From contig QBLV01000014.1 of the NCBI GenBank assembly GCA_003241815.1, positions 19,453 through 83,452 on the forward strand: DNA of 64,000 bases, in the 5' to 3' direction. This DNA comes from Hyphomicrobiales bacterium. Its GTDB lineage: Bacteria > Pseudomonadota > Alphaproteobacteria > Rhizobiales > Beijerinckiaceae. The translations under genes and the position numbers were made by a program. How positions within the stretch are numbered: the stretch's first letter is position 1; the number at the start of each line of letters is the position of its first letter. The notes under the pieces were generated by a model. That model saw only the letters and a program-made list of their open reading frames with translations. It made no database searches and was not told where the DNA came from. Below are positions 8,315 through 18,812 of the stretch, one piece after another.

Positions 8315-10767
8315 GGGCGTGCCTCCAGATCGGTTTGAGGGGTGACGTTGGTGAGGTTGGCGATGAGGTCGGCGGCCCAGGCGAGCCGATTTTCGGCAAG
8401 CCACTCGGCGAGAAAGCCATCGGTGCCGCTGCGGGCGTGAACCTCAGCGATCAGGGCCTGATGCTGCTTCGAAGAGGCGGCGCAGAGCGCGAGCGCCACG
8501 TCCGAAAGGCCCAGCTCGAACAGCCGGTTTCCCCTGCGGCTCTGGCAGTAATAGTCGCGCTTAGGCATCGCCCGCGCGAGGATTTCGATCTGGCGATCGT
8601 TCAGGCCGAAGCGGCGATAGATGGCGGTTATTTGCGGCTCGATCGCGCGTTCGTTGGGGAGCAGGATGCGCGTCTGGCAGCTCTCGATGATGGCCGGCGC
8701 GATCGCCGAGCCGTCGATGTCGGACAGCGACTGAGTGGCGAAGATGACGCTGGCGTTCTTCTTGCGCAGCGTCTTCAGCCATTCGCGGAGCTGCCCGGCG
8801 AAACCTTCGTCATCAAGTGCGAGCCAGCCTTCATCGACGATCAACAGCGTCGGCCGTCCGTCGAGACGGTCCTCGATGCGATGAAAGAGATAGGCGAGAA
8901 CGGCGGCGGCAGCGCCGGTGCCGATCAGTCCCTCGGTCTCGAAGACCTGAACATTTGCCTCGCCCAGATGCTCGGCCTCGGCATCGAGCAGCCGGCCATA
9001 GGGGCCGCCGACACAATAAGGTCGCAGCGCCTGTTTCAGGTCGTTGGATTGAAGGAGAACGGACAGGCCCGTCAGGGTCCGTTCGCTGACGGGCGCGGAG
9101 GCCAGCGACGACAGCGCCGACCAGAGGTGCTCCTTAACCTCGGGCGTGACCGGTACGCTCTCGCGGCCCAGGATCGCGATCAGCCAGTCGGAAGCCCAGG
9201 CGCGCTCGGCGACGTCATCGATGCGGGCCAGCGGCTGGAGCGACACGCTGTCGTCGGCGCCTTCGGTCAGTCCGCCGCCGAGATCATGCCAGTCGCCCCG
9301 CATCGCGAGGGCTGCGGCCCGGATTGAACCGCCGAAGTCGAAGGCGAAGACCTGCGACTGCGGATAGCGCCGGAATTGCAGCGCCATCAGCGCCAGCAGC
9401 ACCGACTTGCCGGCGCCGGTTGGGCCGACGATCAGCGTATGGCCGACATCGCCGATATGGATGGAAAGCCGGAACGGGGTCGAGCCTTCGGTCTTACCGA
9501 ACAGCAGTGGGGGTGCTGCAAGGTGCTCGTCCCGTTCCGGTCCCGCCCACACCGCTGACAGCGGGATCATGTGGGCGAGATTCAGTGTCGAGATCGGCGG
9601 TTGGCGAACATTGGCGTAGACATGGCCGGGCAGCGACCCGAGCCAGGCGTCTACGGCGTTAATGGTCTCGGGCATCGCCGTGAAGTCGCGGCCCTGGATG
9701 ACCTTCTCGACGAGGCGAAGCTTTTCGGCGGCGATGCGGGGATCGTCGTCCCAAACTGCAATCGTCGCCGTCACATAGGCCTGACCGGCGTAGTCGGCGC
9801 CCAGCTCCTGCAGCGCCATGTCGGCGTCGGCAGCCTTGTTAGCCGCGTCGGTGTCGACCAGGGCTGAAGCCTCGTTGGTCATCACCTCCTTGAGGATGGC
9901 CGCGATCGACTTGCGCTTAGCGAACCATTGCCGCCGGATCTTGGTCAGCAGCTTGGTGGCGTCGGTCTTGTCGAGCAGCACGGCCCGTGTCGACCAGCGA
10001 TAGGGAAAGGCCAGTCGGTTCAGCTCGTCGAGGATGCCGGGCGTGGTCGCGGTCGGGAAGCCGACAATGGTGAGGATGCGCAGATGCGTATCGCCGAGGC
10101 GAGGCTCGAGGCCGCCGGTGAGCGGCTGATCGGCAAGAAGCGCATCGAGGTACATCGGCGTCTCGGGGACTCGGACGCGATGCCTCTTGGTCGAAACCGT
10201 CGAGTGCAGGTAGGTGAGCGTCTCTCCGTCATCGAGCCAGGCGCATTCGGGCATGAAGGCGTCGATGAGCTGGAGGATGCGATCAGTGCGATCGGCGAAT
10301 CCGCGCAGGATCTCATGCGCATCGACGCCGGCGTGGTCGCGGCCCTCGTAGAGCCAGGTCTCGGCGCGCGCCGCATCCTCGGCCGGCGGCAGATAGAGGA
10401 AGGTCAGGAAGTAGCTGGACTCGAAATGCGCCCCGGCTTCCTCGAAGTCGGCCTTGCGTTCGGCGTCGACGAGGCCGGAGGCACTGTCGGCGAACATGCT
10501 GGCGGGATAGGTGGCGGCGCCATGGCGCTGCGCCTCGACGAAGATCGCCCAGCCTGAGCCGAGGCGACGGAAGGCGTTGTTGAGCCGGCCGGCGACTGCG
10601 ACCAGCTCGGCCGGTACTGCACTGTCGAGATCTGGGCCACGAAAGCGCGCGGTGCGCTGCAGGCTGCCGTCCTTGTTCAGGACGATGCCTTCCCCGACCA
10701 AGGCGACCCAAGGGAGGTAGTCGGCGAGCCGGGTGTTGCGGTTGCGATATTCGGCGAGGTTCATCAT
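8311..10767 (-). CDS. trbE: Conjugal transfer ATPase TrbE (VirB4 family)
   Basis: 818 aa with Walker A GPTGAGKS and Walker B LLIVDEGW. Position follows trbD. Confidence 0.95.
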   Translation of the reverse strand: MMNLAEYRNRNTRLADYLPWVALVGEGIVLNKDGSLQRTARFRGPDLDSAVPAELVAVAGRLNNAFRRLGSGWAIFVEAQRHGAATYPASMFADSASGLVDAERKADFEEAGAHFESSYFLTFLYLPPAEDAARAETWLYEGRDHAGVDAHEILRGFADRTDRILQLIDAFMPECAWLDDGETLTYLHSTVSTKRHRVRVPETPMYLDALLADQPLTGGLEPRLGDTHLRILTIVGFPTATTPGILDELNRLAFPYRWSTRAVLLDKTDATKLLTKIRRQWFAKRKSIAAILKEVMTNEASALVDTDAANKAADADMALQELGADYAGQAYVTATIAVWDDDPRIAAEKLRLVEKVIQGRDFTAMPETINAVDAWLGSLPGHVYANVRQPPISTLNLAHMIPLSAVWAGPERDEHLAAPPLLFGKTEGSTPFRLSIHIGDVGHTLIVGPTGAGKSVLLALMALQFRRYPQSQVFAFDFGGSIRAAALAMRGDWHDLGGGLTEGADDSVSLQPLARIDDVAERAWASDWLIAILGRESVPVTPEVKEHLWSALSSLASAPVSERTLTGLSVLLQSNDLKQALRPYCVGGPYGRLLDAEAEHLGEANVQVFETEGLIGTGAAAAVLAYLFHRIEDRLDGRPTLLIVDEGWLALDDEGFAGQLREWLKTLRKKNASVIFATQSLSDIDGSAIAPAIIESCQTRILLPNERAIEPQITAIYRRFGLNDRQIEILARAMPKRDYYCQSRRGNRLFELGLSDVALALCAASSKQHQALIAEVHARSGTDGFLAEWLAENRLAWAADLIANLTNVTPQTDLEARP

Positions 10768-10779
10768 CGGCGTCGCTCC

Positions 10780-11061
10780 TCAAACCGACAGGTGGCCGGG
10801 AATGCGCAGATGCTTGCGCACGACGTCGACGAACTGCGGATCGCGCTTGGCCGCCCAGACAGCCGCGAAATGCCCGACGGCCCAAAGGCCGAGACCGACC
10901 AGCCAGAGGCGCAGGCCAAGGCCGAGCGCGGCGGCCAGCGTGCCGTTGAGAATGGCGAGCGAGCGCGGGGCGCCGCCGAGCAGGATGTGCTCGGTTAGCG
11001 CGCGGTGGACTGGGACCGAGAAGCCCGGCAGCTCGCCGCCATGGTCCGCACCATCGGCCAT
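10780..11061 (-). CDS. trbD: Conjugal transfer protein TrbD (VirB3 family)
   Basis: 93-aa two-TM protein (PVHRALTEHILLGGAPR...) between trbC and trbE. Confidence 0.85.
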   Translation of the reverse strand: MADGADHGGELPGFSVPVHRALTEHILLGGAPRSLAILNGTLAAALGLGLRLWLVGLGLWAVGHFAAVWAAKRDPQFVDVVRKHLRIPGHLSV

Positions 11062-11393
11062 CAGACGAGCGCTCCGCCGCCGAACGAGAAGAACGACAGG
11101 AAGAAGCTGGACGCGGCGAAGGCGATCGAAAGACCGAAGACGATCTGGATCAGCTTGCGCGCGCCGCCCGACGTGTCGCCAAAGGCGAGTGTCAGGCCGG
11201 TGATGATGATGATCATCACCGCGATGATCTTGGCGACCGGCCCCTCGATGGATTCGAGGATGGATTGCAGCGGAGCTTCCCAGGGCATCGACGAACCGGA
11301 CGCGTGGGCGGCGGGCGCGAGCGCCAGCGTGAGGAAGGTGACGGACACGGCCGTTGCGATGTGGCGGCGGATGCGCAGGGCATGCTTGATCAT
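11061..11393 (-). CDS. trbC: Conjugal transfer pilin-like protein TrbC (VirB2 family)
   Basis: 110 aa from [31 protein letters not shown], with a signal peptide and two hydrophobic helices. ATGA overlap with the trbB stop. The longer ORF-track version (to 11804) is an Arg-rich artefact inside trbB. Confidence 0.8.
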   Translation of the reverse strand: MIKHALRIRRHIATAVSVTFLTLALAPAAHASGSSMPWEAPLQSILESIEGPVAKIIAVMIIIITGLTLAFGDTSGGARKLIQIVFGLSIAFAASSFFLSFFSFGGGALV

Positions 11394-12373
11394 GACGGGT
11401 CTCCTGTGAGGGGCTGGATTGCGGGAGTGACGCGGTAGTCGCCGTCGGGGCCGAGGCCCTCGATGCGGGCGAGTTCGGCCAGGCGGCGCGATGCGCCGCG
11501 GCCCGAGAGAACGGCGACGTAATCGATCGTCTCGGCGATCAGCGCGCGCGGGACGGTGACGACGGCTTCTTGGATGAGCTGCTCCATGCGGCGCAGCGCG
11601 CCGATCGCGGTCCCCGCATGGATGGTTCCGACGCCGCCGGGATGGCCGGTGCCCCAGGCCTTCAGCAGATCGAGAGCCTCGGCGCCGCGCACTTCGCCGA
11701 TCGGGATGCGGTCGGGGCGCAGGCGAAGCGAGGAGCGAACAAGATCGGAGAGCGAGGCGACGCCGTCCTTGGTCCGCATGGCGACCAGATTGGGCGCCGC
11801 GCACTGCAGCTCGCGGGTGTCTTCTATCAGGACGACGCGGTCCGAGGTCTTGGACACTTCGGCCAGCAATGCGTTGGTGAGAGTTGTCTTGCCTGTGGAG
11901 GTGCCGCCGGCGACGAGGATGTTGCGTCGGTCGGCGACGGCCTGGCGCAACGTCTCGGCCTGGCCCGCGGCCATGATCCCAGCGGCGACATAATCGTCGA
12001 GCGTGAAGACAGCGACGGCGGGTTTGCGGATCGCAAAGGCCGGCGCTGAGACGACGGGAGGCAGCAGCCCCTCGAACCGCTCTCCCGTCTCGGGCAACTC
12101 GGCCGAAACCCGCGGGGCGCCGGGATGCACTTCAGCGCCGACGTGGTGGGCGACCAGGCGGATGATACGCTCGCCATCGGATGGCGACAGCAGTTCGCCC
12201 GTGTCAGAAAGCCCCTCGGAAAGCCGGTCGATCCAGAGCCGGCCATCGGGGTTGAGCATCACCTCGACGATCGCGGGGTCTTCCAGATACCGGGCGATGG
12301 CGGGGCCGAGGGCGGTGCGCAGCATGCGCGCGCCGCGAAGGATCGCCTCCGATTTCTGGTGATTGGCCGCCAC
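11390..12373 (-). CDS. trbB: Conjugal transfer ATPase TrbB (VirB11 family)
   Basis: 327 aa with Walker [10 protein letters not shown] and the VirB11/PulE-like motif [17 protein letters not shown] start. Confidence 0.9.
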   Translation of the reverse strand: MAANHQKSEAILRGARMLRTALGPAIARYLEDPAIVEVMLNPDGRLWIDRLSEGLSDTGELLSPSDGERIIRLVAHHVGAEVHPGAPRVSAELPETGERFEGLLPPVVSAPAFAIRKPAVAVFTLDDYVAAGIMAAGQAETLRQAVADRRNILVAGGTSTGKTTLTNALLAEVSKTSDRVVLIEDTRELQCAAPNLVAMRTKDGVASLSDLVRSSLRLRPDRIPIGEVRGAEALDLLKAWGTGHPGGVGTIHAGTAIGALRRMEQLIQEAVVTVPRALIAETIDYVAVLSGRGASRRLAELARIEGLGPDGDYRVTPAIQPLTGDPS

Positions 12374-12599
12374 GTCGTCCCCGTTCTCTTGCGGGTCCGC
12401 GATGCGCGGCCCTGGATCGGGGACGAGTAGAAGAGTCAGAAATCATGGCCTGACAACAACCGTTATGTGGTCGTCGTACTCTGGCGTACAAAGACAGGCG
12501 AACGGCGGAACGATGAGTTACTTGCCGCCCGAGCCGGACATCCTACCGGCCTGGGCGGGAGGACTATTCCGAGTCGCGGGTGATCGCGGAGGGCATGCC

Positions 12600-13502
12600 T
12601 CAGATCTTCATCGTCTCTGCAAGGAAGTCGACAAACGCGCGTGAAGCTGGCTTTGATGCACGACCGGCGGGGAGAACGGCGTGGACATCGACCATTCCCA
12701 TTTCCCAATCGGCCAGAACGCGGACGAGGCTGCCGTGCTGCAGTTCCGGAGAGCATCCCCAGGTCGATGTCGACGCGATCCCGAGGCCAGCCACGGCGGC
12801 GGTGATGGCTGCTTCATTGACCGAGATGTTGAGAGAGGCGTCGAGACGAACGGAAACAGACTTCCCATGCGAGCGGAAGACCCAGCCATCCGGCCGCATG
12901 CCCGAGGGGCCGAGGATGACCGAATGTGAAGAGAGATCGGCTGGCTTTCTGGGCGCGCCCGCTCGCTCAAGATAGGTGGGAGACGCCACTAGCATCCGCG
13001 GAGAAGTCCCGAGCTTTCTGGCCATCATGCCGGAATCTTCAAGGACGCCAAATCGGAGAGCAACGTCGACGGCCTCGTTGATAAGATCTTGGCGGCGATC
13101 AACAAGCACGAGATCTATTCGTAGCGCTGGATGGGTCCGCATAAACGCGGGTAGCCGCGGAATGAGTTCGCGCATCGCGAAGCTGGTGGTCGCTCCCACG
13201 CGCAGCACACCTCGAAGCTCGCCGTTTCCGCGTATCTCGTGCTCAGCTTCCTCGAGGACCGTCAGTACAGGTTCCACACGAGCCAGATATTGAGCTCCCG
13301 CCTCCGTGAGAGTTACGGCGCGGGTCGAGCGGGTCAGCAGCGTAACCCCGACCTCCTTTTCCAGCGTCGCAATGATGCGGGAGACGGAGGGTTGCGACAG
13401 GCCCACTTCGCGCGCCGCGGCGCCGAAGCTCCCGGTACGAGCGACGCGGCCGAGGAGATATAGCGCGCCCAGCCTATCAGTCATTCGAAATCCGGATTTC
13501 AT
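12600..13502 (-). CDS. LysR-family transcriptional regulator (cargo)
   Basis: 300 aa with HTH GSFGAAAREVGLSQPSVSRIIATLEKEVGVTLLTRSTR. Divergent from the MAPEG/WrbA genes. Confidence 0.9.
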   Translation of the reverse strand: MKSGFRMTDRLGALYLLGRVARTGSFGAAAREVGLSQPSVSRIIATLEKEVGVTLLTRSTRAVTLTEAGAQYLARVEPVLTVLEEAEHEIRGNGELRGVLRVGATTSFAMRELIPRLPAFMRTHPALRIDLVLVDRRQDLINEAVDVALRFGVLEDSGMMARKLGTSPRMLVASPTYLERAGAPRKPADLSSHSVILGPSGMRPDGWVFRSHGKSVSVRLDASLNISVNEAAITAAVAGLGIASTSTWGCSPELQHGSLVRVLADWEMGMVDVHAVLPAGRASKPASRAFVDFLAETMKI

Positions 13503-13581
13503 CTAGTTGTCTGAGCAGGCTACCCAACGAAATCCAAATGATCAATCATCCGGCGCACGATCTGCAAGTTTTAGTCAATAG

Positions 13582-13989
13582 ATGGAGATGTCGTTGGAAG
13601 CGCAGTCCCTAATTTTCGCAGGTATTCTCATCTGGGTTTCGGTCCTTGTGCAGCATGTGAACAACATGAAGACGCGGGGCGCGCAGTTTCTGATGAGCGA
13701 TCGGTCGTCTCCTCTTTCCGAGGACGGACTGACTGGTCGAGCCACACGCGCGTTGCGTAACAACATCGAGTCCGTCGCGATGTACGTGCCGATCGCCGCG
13801 GTCGCGGTCGCCATGCAGGTGTCGACGCCCGTCACCTATTGGTCGGCGCTCACCTGGATCGTCGTCCGGACGACCTTCAGTCTCGGCTATTGGCTCAAGA
13901 TCAATATGCTGCGCTCGCTCTCATGGTTGGTGGGCATGATCGCCATCGCCGCGTTCGCAGTGTCGCTGCTTCAGCAGGCCGCCGCCTGA
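13582..13989 (+). CDS. MAPEG-family membrane protein
   Basis: 135-aa, four-helix membrane protein with an R..N..E-type motif ([15 protein letters not shown]) resembling MAPEG. Confidence 0.65.
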   Translation: MEMSLEAQSLIFAGILIWVSVLVQHVNNMKTRGAQFLMSDRSSPLSEDGLTGRATRALRNNIESVAMYVPIAAVAVAMQVSTPVTYWSALTWIVVRTTFSLGYWLKINMLRSLSWLVGMIAIAAFAVSLLQQAAA

Positions 13990-14047
13990 ACTGACGCGGC
14001 CCGATTTTCCATCCCCCATAACCACCATCGATCACGGAGAGCGTGTG

Positions 14048-14650
14048 ATGCCGAAGATTCTCGTCCTATACTATTCCAGCTACGGGCACATCGAGCAGAT
14101 GGCCGAGTCCGTTGCTGAAGGCGCGCGCGAAGGCGGTGCCGAGGCAATCGTCAAGCGGGTGCCGGAGATCGTGCCAATCGACGTGGCCACAGCTCACGGC
14201 TTCAAGCTCGATCAGGCGGCTCCGGTCGCCGTGCCGGACGAACTGGCCGATTATGATGGGATCGTCTTCGGGATTCCGACGAGATTCGGAGGGATGGCCG
14301 CGCAGATGCGGAACTTCCTCGATCAGACCGGGGGCCTTTGGCATACCGGAAAGCTGATCGGAAAGGTCGCTTCGATCTTCACCTCATCGGCGACGCTTCA
14401 CGGCGGTCAGGAGGCGACGATCTTGACGAGCATTCCCACGCTCCTTCACCACGGTATGATCTTCGTCGGCCTGCCTTACAGCAACACGGACTTGATGCAG
14501 CTTGACGAGGTGAGCGGCGGAACGCCCTACGGCGCCAGCACGCTGTCCGGGACCGACAACAAACGCCAACCGAGCGCTCGCGAGCTCGGTCTCGCCAGCG
14601 CGCAAGGCAAGTTCGTGGCGGACGTCGCGCGTCGGCAAAGCGCGGCATGA
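14048..14650 (+). CDS. wrbA: NAD(P)H:quinone oxidoreductase WrbA (flavodoxin-like)
   Basis: [26 protein letters not shown]... and [21 protein letters not shown] are classic WrbA motifs. Confidence 0.9.
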   Translation: MPKILVLYYSSYGHIEQMAESVAEGAREGGAEAIVKRVPEIVPIDVATAHGFKLDQAAPVAVPDELADYDGIVFGIPTRFGGMAAQMRNFLDQTGGLWHTGKLIGKVASIFTSSATLHGGQEATILTSIPTLLHHGMIFVGLPYSNTDLMQLDEVSGGTPYGASTLSGTDNKRQPSARELGLASAQGKFVADVARRQSAA

Positions 14651-14721
14651 TATTCGGCCCGGCGCGACGGCCAGCGCGTAGGCGCCATCAACGCCGGGCA
14701 TTCGACCAATCGCCGCCTCAT

Positions 14722-16194
14722 CTACACACGGCGGCGCTGGCAGATATCATAGTGCTGCGCCCATGGACGCACGCGCTCGAAGGCCGCACAAGCTCCCATC
14801 AGTCTCGCGTCGTCCAGACGGCGGCCGATGAGTTGCAGGCCGACAGGCAGTCCACCAACGAGGCCAGCGGGAAGTGATGCCGCCGGATTGCCTGTGAGAT
14901 TGGTGAGGTAAGTTAGGCACCAGCCGATCAGCGGATCGACTTCGACCTCGTCGATACGGTCAGGGCCCAAGGTCTCGCCGTGCGGTCCATTTTCCACGGG
15001 CAAACAGGCAACGGTCGGGCAAGCGATGATATCGACGCTCAGGAGCGCCCGCTGCAATCCGTCGAACGCCGCAGTGCGCGTAAGCTGATCTTGGCGGAGG
15101 TCGAGCTCCGTCAGCGCATTGGCGCGATCGATCCACATCCAAATCTGCTCGGGGAGCTCGGCCCCGTGATCGCGGGCGAGATCCAGTCCGTTGCGCTTGA
15201 AGCGCTCGATCGCACCGGCCATTCGCATGCCGACGAGGCGGCACCAAAGCTCTGTGAGGGCTCGATGGGACGGAAGTTGCACTTCGATCGGAACGATCTC
15301 CGCCCCGAGCGTAGCGAGCGCGCTTGCCGCATCATGGACATGCTCGGCGATCTCGCGGTTGACTGGATAGATACCCAGGTCAGGCGTGAAGCCGATCCTG
15401 ACGCCTGCCATTGAGCGAGATTTCGCGCCCGGCAAATCGATGTCGGCGGGCAGGCTGAACAACTCAGCCGGATCGAAGGCCATGAGCGTCTGCAAGGCGA
15501 GAGCGCCGTCCTCGACGGTGCGGGTGATCGCGCCGGTATAGGCGAAATTGGTGAGTTCAAAAGCGTTCTGCTGGGCCGCCGCGCTCGGGACTCGGCCGTA
15601 CGACGGTTGGAAGCCGAAGGTATTGCACCAGGCTGAAGGAATCCTGATCGAGCCCCCACCGTCGGTGGCTCCACCGATCGGCACCATTCCATCGGCCACT
15701 GCGGCCGCGCTGCCCCCGGACGATCCCCCGCTGTTGCGGGCGGGATCAAACGGATTACGCGTCGGGCCGTGCACGGGGTTGTCGCAGGTGCCGCGGAAGC
15801 CGAAAACCGGGCTGTTGGTCGCACCGACCACGATCGCGCCGGCCTGCTCCATCTTCGTCGGGAAATAGGACGCCGACTTTTGCGGCAGAGCCTGGAGGGC
15901 GCGGATGCCGCCGAGGGTCGAGGGCCAGCCGGGATAGCTGTTGAAGAGATCCTTCATCGCGACAGGTACGCCGGCGAGAGGTCCGACGTCTTCACCCCTG
16001 GCGATGCGTTCCTCAAGGCGTTTGGCGGCGGCCAGGGCACCTTCGGGATCGACGTGGACAAAGGCGTTGAGGGAGGGGTTGCGTGTCTCGATGCGATCAA
16101 GCGCCGCGCGGACGCTTTCTGTCGGGGAGAGATCCTTGGCGCGCACACGTCGCCCAATCTCTGATGCACTTAATGTTTCGAGCGTATCCGGCAT
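14722..16194 (-). CDS. Amidase (amidase-signature family)
   Basis: 490 aa with the AS-family Gly/Ser-rich signature GGSSGGSAAAVA and a conserved K...S-S context. Confidence 0.9.
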   Translation of the reverse strand: MPDTLETLSASEIGRRVRAKDLSPTESVRAALDRIETRNPSLNAFVHVDPEGALAAAKRLEERIARGEDVGPLAGVPVAMKDLFNSYPGWPSTLGGIRALQALPQKSASYFPTKMEQAGAIVVGATNSPVFGFRGTCDNPVHGPTRNPFDPARNSGGSSGGSAAAVADGMVPIGGATDGGGSIRIPSAWCNTFGFQPSYGRVPSAAAQQNAFELTNFAYTGAITRTVEDGALALQTLMAFDPAELFSLPADIDLPGAKSRSMAGVRIGFTPDLGIYPVNREIAEHVHDAASALATLGAEIVPIEVQLPSHRALTELWCRLVGMRMAGAIERFKRNGLDLARDHGAELPEQIWMWIDRANALTELDLRQDQLTRTAAFDGLQRALLSVDIIACPTVACLPVENGPHGETLGPDRIDEVEVDPLIGWCLTYLTNLTGNPAASLPAGLVGGLPVGLQLIGRRLDDARLMGACAAFERVRPWAQHYDICQRRRV

Positions 16195-16352
16195 GGGTAG
16201 TCCTCATGGATAGAGGTTGATCTCAGGGTGGCATGGCTGTCGCGGTGTATGAGGTATGGTAATGTACAGTACCAGACGTATTTGAGCGAACTGCTCTTGG
16301 TCAAGAGGTGCTCCGATGCATGTCGGTCGCAGAAAGGGCTTAGACCACGGCG

Positions 16353-16787
16353 TCAGTCAGTGCTCGGCGGCCCGTCGATCTCTTCGGATATTTCTTGGCG
16401 GAGCTTGGGTCCGTTCGCGAGCCTGCGGCCAAGCGCCGTGACGAACGCCTCGTAGCGTTCGCCGGCTTTCGCGCGCGCTGCCTGGGCGGCAGGTTCCGGC
16501 AGCGCCGGAGTTGTGCTGAGCCAGAAGCGCACGAAGATAGCCAGTGTCTCGACCGCGATCCCGAGGTCGCGCTCCATCCGGCTAAGGCGTCGATCGACCA
16601 GGTCGAGACGTTTCGTGGTTGCCGCTTCCTGCCGTTCGGCGGCATCCGGCGAAAGGAAGGAGGCGATGCCGGCTTCCGCGATCAACGACAGTGAGTGCCC
16701 GCCTCGGGCGGCATGAGCGGCAAGTGCCCGCATGACGTCAGGTTCGAGATAGACTGAGAGCCGTTGCTTCTTGGGCGCTTTCGCCAT
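16353..16787 (-). CDS. Ribbon-helix-helix (CopG-like) protein of the transfer region
   Basis: Start at MAKAPKKQRLSVYLEPDVMRALAAHAARGGHSLSLIAEAGI (RHH motif), located just after traG. An alternative upstream start at 16814 is possible. Confidence 0.7.
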   Translation of the reverse strand: MAKAPKKQRLSVYLEPDVMRALAAHAARGGHSLSLIAEAGIASFLSPDAAERQEAATTKRLDLVDRRLSRMERDLGIAVETLAIFVRFWLSTTPALPEPAAQAARAKAGERYEAFVTALGRRLANGPKLRQEISEEIDGPPSTD

Positions 16788-16797
16788 CCCTGCCTCC

Positions 16798-18786
16798 CTA
16801 GAGCTCAATGCCATCGCCCGGATCGAGCGAGGCTTGGCGGGCGACCTGGCGCATGGTCTGGTTCATCCGGCTGAGGCGCGCGGAATCCTCATCGGCGTCA
16901 TCTCGAGGATCGATCTCGAACTCGTTTTCGATCGGCGCCTTTCGCTCGGCCGGCGTCCCTCGACTGAGTTCAGGCTGGTGCCGGCGCTCGGAGTCCGTGG
17001 TGTCCTCCTCTTCGGAAGCGGGATCTCCGTTCGTCGCCGTCGACAAGGTCGGCCTGGCTGGAAGGGGCAGCGTGCTCCAGTCGTCAGGTCGGGCCGTGGT
17101 CGGCTTGGCGGCGTTCGGCGGCATCAGGATGCGCTCCTGGAACCGGCGATCTTCATAGTATCGCGCCTTCTTCGCGCGGATCGGCGGCGTCCCGGCTACC
17201 ATGACGATCTCATCCGTTGGAGGAAGCTGCATGATCTCGCCGGGTGTCATAAGCTGCCGCGCCGTCTCCGAGCGCGACACCATCATGTGGCCCAGCCAGG
17301 GCGACAGGCGATGTCCGGCGTAGTTCTTCATGGCTCGCATCTCGGTCGCTGTGCCGAGGGCGTCGGACACACGCTTGGCCGTGCGCTCGTCATTGGTGGC
17401 GAAGCTGACGCGCACATGGCAGTTGTCGAGGATCGAGTTGTTCGGTCCGTAGGCCTTCTCGATCTGGTTCAGCGACTGCGCGATGAGGAACGCTTTCAGC
17501 CCATACCCGGCCATGAAGGCGAGAGCGCTTTCGAAGAAGTCGAGACGGCCAAGCGCCGGAAATTCATCAAGCATAAGGAGCAAGCGGTGGCGATTGCCCC
17601 TCGCCTGCAGATCCTCAGTTAACCGTCGCCCGACCTGATTGAGGATCAGACGGATGAGCGGCTTGGTGCGGTTGATGTCTGAGGGTGGGACGACGAGGTA
17701 GAGAGTCGTCGGATGCTTGCCTCCGACAATGTCGGCGATCCGCCAGTCGCAGCGCCTTGTGACCTCGGCGACGACGGGATCGCGATAGAGACCTAGGAAC
17801 GACATGGCGGTCGAAAGCACCCCCGACCGTTCGTTGTCGGATTTGTTCAGTAGCTCGCGGGCGGCGCTCGCGATCACGGGATGCGGGCCCGCCTCGCCCA
17901 GGTGAGCTGTCTTCATCATTGCAGCGAGCGTCGATTCGATCGGCCGCTTCGGATCGGAGAGGAAGGCGGCGACGCCGGCCAGGGTCTTGTCGGCCTCGGC
18001 GTAGAGGACGTGCAGGATCGCGCCGACCAGCAGCGCGTGACTGGTCTTTTCCCAGTGGTTCCTCTTCTCCAGCGAGCCTTCCGGGTCGACCAGGATGTCG
18101 GCGATGTTCTGAACGTCGCGGACCTCCCACTCGCCGCGGCGCACCTCGAGCAGCGGATTGTAAGCGGCCGACTTCGCATTTGTCGGACCGAAGAGGAGCA
18201 CGCGGCCATGGCGAGCGCGATAGCCGGCTGTGAGCGTCCAGTTCTCGCCCTTGATGTCGTGAACGATCGCGGAGCCTGGCCAGGTCAGGAGCGACGGAAC
18301 GACGAGGCCCACGCCCTTGCCGGAACGCGTCGGCGCGAAGCACAGCACATGCTCGGGGCCGTCATGTCGAAGATAGTCGCGCTCGTGTTTGCCGAGCACG
18401 ACGCCATCCGGACCGAGCAGGCCCGCAGCCTTCACCTCTTCCGGCCGCGCCCAGCGGGCCGAGCCATAGGTCTCGACGTTTTTCGCTTCGCGTGCCCGCC
18501 ACACCGACATGCCGATCGCGACGGCGATGGAGATGAAGCCACCCGACGCGGCGATATAGGCGCCCTCGACGAAGATCGGCGGCGCATAGGCGTCGTAGAA
18601 ATACCACCACCAGAAGAAGGCGGGCGGATAGTAGATCGGCCAGCCCGCCAGTTCGAACCAGGGCAGTCCGAGCTGAGGTTGGAAGCCGAGACGATAGGCC
18701 GTCCATTGTGTCGCGCCCCAGGTCGTCATCAACACGATCAGGAAGACGGTGAGGATCTGACCCCAGAGGATTTTCGTCGCCGACAT
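16798..18786 (-). CDS. traG: Type IV coupling protein TraG (VirD4 family)
   Basis: 662 aa with N-terminal TM helices, Walker A-like FAPTRSGKGVGLVVP and the conserved LLMLDEFPALG motif. Confidence 0.95.
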   Translation of the reverse strand: MSATKILWGQILTVFLIVLMTTWGATQWTAYRLGFQPQLGLPWFELAGWPIYYPPAFFWWWYFYDAYAPPIFVEGAYIAASGGFISIAVAIGMSVWRAREAKNVETYGSARWARPEEVKAAGLLGPDGVVLGKHERDYLRHDGPEHVLCFAPTRSGKGVGLVVPSLLTWPGSAIVHDIKGENWTLTAGYRARHGRVLLFGPTNAKSAAYNPLLEVRRGEWEVRDVQNIADILVDPEGSLEKRNHWEKTSHALLVGAILHVLYAEADKTLAGVAAFLSDPKRPIESTLAAMMKTAHLGEAGPHPVIASAARELLNKSDNERSGVLSTAMSFLGLYRDPVVAEVTRRCDWRIADIVGGKHPTTLYLVVPPSDINRTKPLIRLILNQVGRRLTEDLQARGNRHRLLLMLDEFPALGRLDFFESALAFMAGYGLKAFLIAQSLNQIEKAYGPNNSILDNCHVRVSFATNDERTAKRVSDALGTATEMRAMKNYAGHRLSPWLGHMMVSRSETARQLMTPGEIMQLPPTDEIVMVAGTPPIRAKKARYYEDRRFQERILMPPNAAKPTTARPDDWSTLPLPARPTLSTATNGDPASEEEDTTDSERRHQPELSRGTPAERKAPIENEFEIDPRDDADEDSARLSRMNQTMRQVARQASLDPGDGIEL

Positions 18787-18812
18787 GGCGGGGCACTCCT
18801 TTCTTGGTTGGG

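Noticed and set aside
8263-9327. 354-aa plus-strand ORF and many similar 60-300-aa ORFs across the trb region
   Set aside because: They are shadow ORFs opposite trbE and other recognisable T4SS genes.
13503-13581. Possible LysR T-N11-A box (ATGATCAATCAT region) in the LysR/MAPEG divergent promoter
   Set aside because: It is plausible by position, but the motif is degenerate and I cannot distinguish it from chance by eye.
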